The notes beneath the pieces were generated by a model. The model searched no databases. It had not been told where the DNA came from and worked only from the letters and a program-made list of their open reading frames with translations. Made by a program: the position numbers and the translations under genes. Of a stretch of 40,596 bases of DNA, positions 37,852-40,596 are shown piece after piece (positions within the stretch are counted from its first letter, which is position 1; each line of letters begins with the position of its first letter). The stretch lies in the sequence record SRR31156797_6183. One strand, given 5' to 3'.

Positions 37852-39213
37852 ATGCCATCTAGGGACAGAAATAATACGAGAAGATATACATCAAGAAATT
37901 CAGTAAATAGCACTAGGAAAAAACCTAGCAGAAGCTCTACCAGCAGAGGGATGATGTCCCAAAAAAGCTCTAGGCATATTTCTGATGCCAGAAGCAAAAT
38001 GGACAGCGAAACCAGAACGAAGTTAAGACTAATTGGCATTGTAGCTATAGCGTGTATAATAGTTGCCGTTGGTGTTTATTTTCTTGTAGATGCAATAATT
38101 GAGAAACGAATAGGCTTCATTAATCCAAAGGATGAATCTATAAGCGATGACTATGCGACTCAGCAGCCAATGGGCAGGACAGCGGATACAGGAAGTACAG
38201 AAGGTGCAATTATTGAGCCTGATCCGGAGAAGGTTCGTGACATCAGCTATGGTGCAATCGATATTGAATTCTCTGAAAAGCAAATTAATAGACCTGGTCT
38301 GTTTGACATGGACTTAGTATTCTCAGCTGGTACAGGCTCTCTGGACGGTGAAGTTTTGACTAAACTATATCTGTATAACCTGGAAACAGGTACAGAGGAG
38401 TTAGTCGCTGAGTCCGAAGTCGGTTACTATGGTGAAATATACGAAACCTATGTAAATCATAGCTGGATAGTCTGGATTGATACAGATAAGGGTACAAAGA
38501 ATAATATCCGTGTAATGAACAGAGAAACCAAGAAGATATCCACTTTGCGTACAAGTGAAAACGGTCAGCCCAAGCTTCGTCTCTATGGAGATACTTTGGT
38601 ATGGATGGAGCAGGTTTCAGACAGTGTAGATAAACTCTATATGGTTGACCTAAATGTTCAGGAGGACTTAACTCTATTTGACTTTACAGACAAAGCAACC
38701 TACGGAGTGTCTGCACCATGTATTTACGGCACTACTATTGTCTGGGCTGGACCAACAGAAGACGGTGATACAGAAAAATCCGGAATATACTATCTGCGTT
38801 TAGAAGCAGATGATGACGGTATGTTTAATGATCCTGAGAAATATTTCCCCGGCACTTATGTCCATGAACCAGTTTATAATGGTGACGTATTCGTTTGGCT
38901 GGATACCAATAAATCCAGAGACGGGAAGCTGTATATGGGTAGACCTGGTGAAGAGCCAGTTGTAATTGATCAGAATATTACAACATATTCACTAGGTGAT
39001 GACATTGTTGTATACGGTAAAAATACCAGCATATGGGCATATATAATATCCACTGGCGAATTGTGCAGACTGACATCTCCGGGTGAGATGGGTATGCTGC
39101 CTGTTGTTTCTAATAGAACAGTTGTATGGTATAATCTATCTGCCGACTCAAAAAAAGATGTGCTGAGGTATAAAATATTAACAGATGACGAGCTCTACCC
39201 AGGAGGTAAATAG
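37852..39213 (+). CDS. Single-pass membrane protein with extracellular beta-propeller
   Basis: Arg/Ser-rich N-tail, one TM, six blade motifs (WIVWID, TLVWME, TIVWAG, VFVWLD, IVVYG, TVVWYN). Confidence 0.7.
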   Translation: MPSRDRNNTRRYTSRNSVNSTRKKPSRSSTSRGMMSQKSSRHISDARSKMDSETRTKLRLIGIVAIACIIVAVGVYFLVDAIIEKRIGFINPKDESISDDYATQQPMGRTADTGSTEGAIIEPDPEKVRDISYGAIDIEFSEKQINRPGLFDMDLVFSAGTGSLDGEVLTKLYLYNLETGTEELVAESEVGYYGEIYETYVNHSWIVWIDTDKGTKNNIRVMNRETKKISTLRTSENGQPKLRLYGDTLVWMEQVSDSVDKLYMVDLNVQEDLTLFDFTDKATYGVSAPCIYGTTIVWAGPTEDGDTEKSGIYYLRLEADDDGMFNDPEKYFPGTYVHEPVYNGDVFVWLDTNKSRDGKLYMGRPGEEPVVIDQNITTYSLGDDIVVYGKNTSIWAYIISTGELCRLTSPGEMGMLPVVSNRTVVWYNLSADSKKDVLRYKILTDDELYPGGK

Positions 39214-39218
39214 TCCTG

Positions 39219-40568
39219 ATGGCGAAAGCAAAAAGCCAATATGTATGCACTGAATGCGGAAGCATCAGCGTGAAATGGGTAGGTAAATGCCCTGACTGCG
39301 GTGAATGGAACACCATGACAGAGCATTATATAGAAAAAGTGAATACTCACGAAAAAAGAAGCTTAAACAGCGGCATGGTAACTAAGCTATCTCAAGTAAA
39401 AGAAGATATGAAGCTCAGAGAGTCTACAGGTATATCCGAATTAGACAGAGTACTGGGAGGCGGGATAGTAAAGGGCGGACTAACTCTTATTGGCGGTGAC
39501 CCAGGCATAGGTAAATCCACTTTGCTTCTGCAGGTAGCCAACAATCTGGCAAAGATGAATGTTATGTATGTCTCGGGTGAGGAATCCTTGTCCCAGGTAG
39601 CACTTAGGGCTAAGAGATTAGGAATAGATGACAGCGATATCAGCCTGTTCTGTCAGACAAATGTTAATAAGATAATATCAGCTGCAGACAGTATGGATGC
39701 AAAGGTAATGATAGTTGATTCAATACAGACTATGTACAGAGATGATATTATATCTGCTCCCGGTTCAGTAGCACAGGTCAGAGAATGCGCAGCTATGTAT
39801 ATGCGATATGCCAAGGAAAAGGGCTGTACAATATTTTTAGTTGGACATGTTACCAAGCAGGGCTCTATTGCAGGTCCAAGAATATTAGAGCACATGGTAG
39901 ATACTGTGCTGTACTTTGAAGGCGGCGCAAACCATATATATAGAATTCTAAGAGCAGTGAAGAACAGATATGGTTCAACAAATGAAATCGGTGTATTTGA
40001 GATGACAGATAAGGGCATGGTTGAAGTAAAAAATCCCAGCCAGATGCTTCTTTCAGAGCGAAGCGAAGGCTTCCCCGGCTCAGCTGTTACCATTACAATG
40101 GAGGGAACACGACCTTTATCAATAGAGGTACAGTCATTAATCAGTCAGACATCATTTGGTACCCCAAGACGTCAGGCTTCGGGAATGGATTATAACAGAG
40201 TTGTATTGCTACTGGCAGTTTTGGAAAAAAGAGCAGGTATAGTATTGTATGACAAAGACTGCTATATAAATATCGCCGGAGGGATGAGGATAATAGAACC
40301 TGCGGCTGACTTAGGGCTTTGCATGGCTGTAGCATCTGCTGCAAAGAACAAGATTATACCAAATAATATTGCTGTGTTCGGTGAAGTAGGCTTAACAGGC
40401 GAAGTTCGCTCAGTCTCTCAGCCACAGCAAAGGATAAACGAAGCAGTACGAGGCGGATTCACAAGAATTATCCTGCCGGGAAAATCCATTAAAGGCTTAA
40501 AAGATAACGGTATTGAGCTAATACCAGTTGAGAGGTTATCTCAAGCACTAAAGTGCATATTCGAATAA
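39219..40568 (+). CDS. radA: DNA repair protein RadA/Sms
   Basis: C4 zinc finger CTECG...CPDCGEWN, GDPGIGKST, KNRYG, Lon-like C-terminal domain. Confidence 0.97.
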   Translation: MAKAKSQYVCTECGSISVKWVGKCPDCGEWNTMTEHYIEKVNTHEKRSLNSGMVTKLSQVKEDMKLRESTGISELDRVLGGGIVKGGLTLIGGDPGIGKSTLLLQVANNLAKMNVMYVSGEESLSQVALRAKRLGIDDSDISLFCQTNVNKIISAADSMDAKVMIVDSIQTMYRDDIISAPGSVAQVRECAAMYMRYAKEKGCTIFLVGHVTKQGSIAGPRILEHMVDTVLYFEGGANHIYRILRAVKNRYGSTNEIGVFEMTDKGMVEVKNPSQMLLSERSEGFPGSAVTITMEGTRPLSIEVQSLISQTSFGTPRRQASGMDYNRVVLLLAVLEKRAGIVLYDKDCYINIAGGMRIIEPAADLGLCMAVASAAKNKIIPNNIAVFGEVGLTGEVRSVSQPQQRINEAVRGGFTRIILPGKSIKGLKDNGIELIPVERLSQALKCIFE

Positions 40569-40596
40569 AATGCAAGAAGCTTTTATGAAATAAAAG

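Noticed and set aside
927-40344. Numerous short antisense or nested ORFs in the track (e.g. 2632-3204, 32529-33092, 39653-40093)
   Set aside because: They lie opposite or within well-supported genes and carry no independent motifs

Overview
AT-rich chromosomal segment of a spore-forming Firmicute, most likely a member of the Clostridia (inferred from gene content and promoter style). 1-19.8 kb is an accessory patchwork. It holds a decayed Tn7-like tnsA fused by deletion to an esterase tail, a YbtPQ/IrtAB-type ABC heterodimer, and TetR/hydrolase and MarR/MATE modules with visible operators. It also holds a TetR-controlled operon (class III aminotransferase, class II aldolase, FGGY kinase, GPH symporter) that suggests an uncharacterised amino-polyol catabolic pathway, plus several gene remnants. 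19.8-23.8 kb encodes a GH65 maltose phosphorylase and a short glucan phosphorylase. tRNA-Leu(GAG) at 24079 is followed by a ~3.4 kb islet (serine-recombinase fragment plus LRR lipoprotein) bounded by a ~95-bp diverged direct repeat carrying a 23-24-bp periodic motif. The right end is more core-like: a chagasin-like lipoprotein/HtrA/FtsH operon, an NlpC/P60 hydrolase with WalR-like boxes, a dense DnaA-box cluster, a beta-propeller membrane protein and radA. No CRISPR array or rRNA was seen. All calls are by eye, without database searches.
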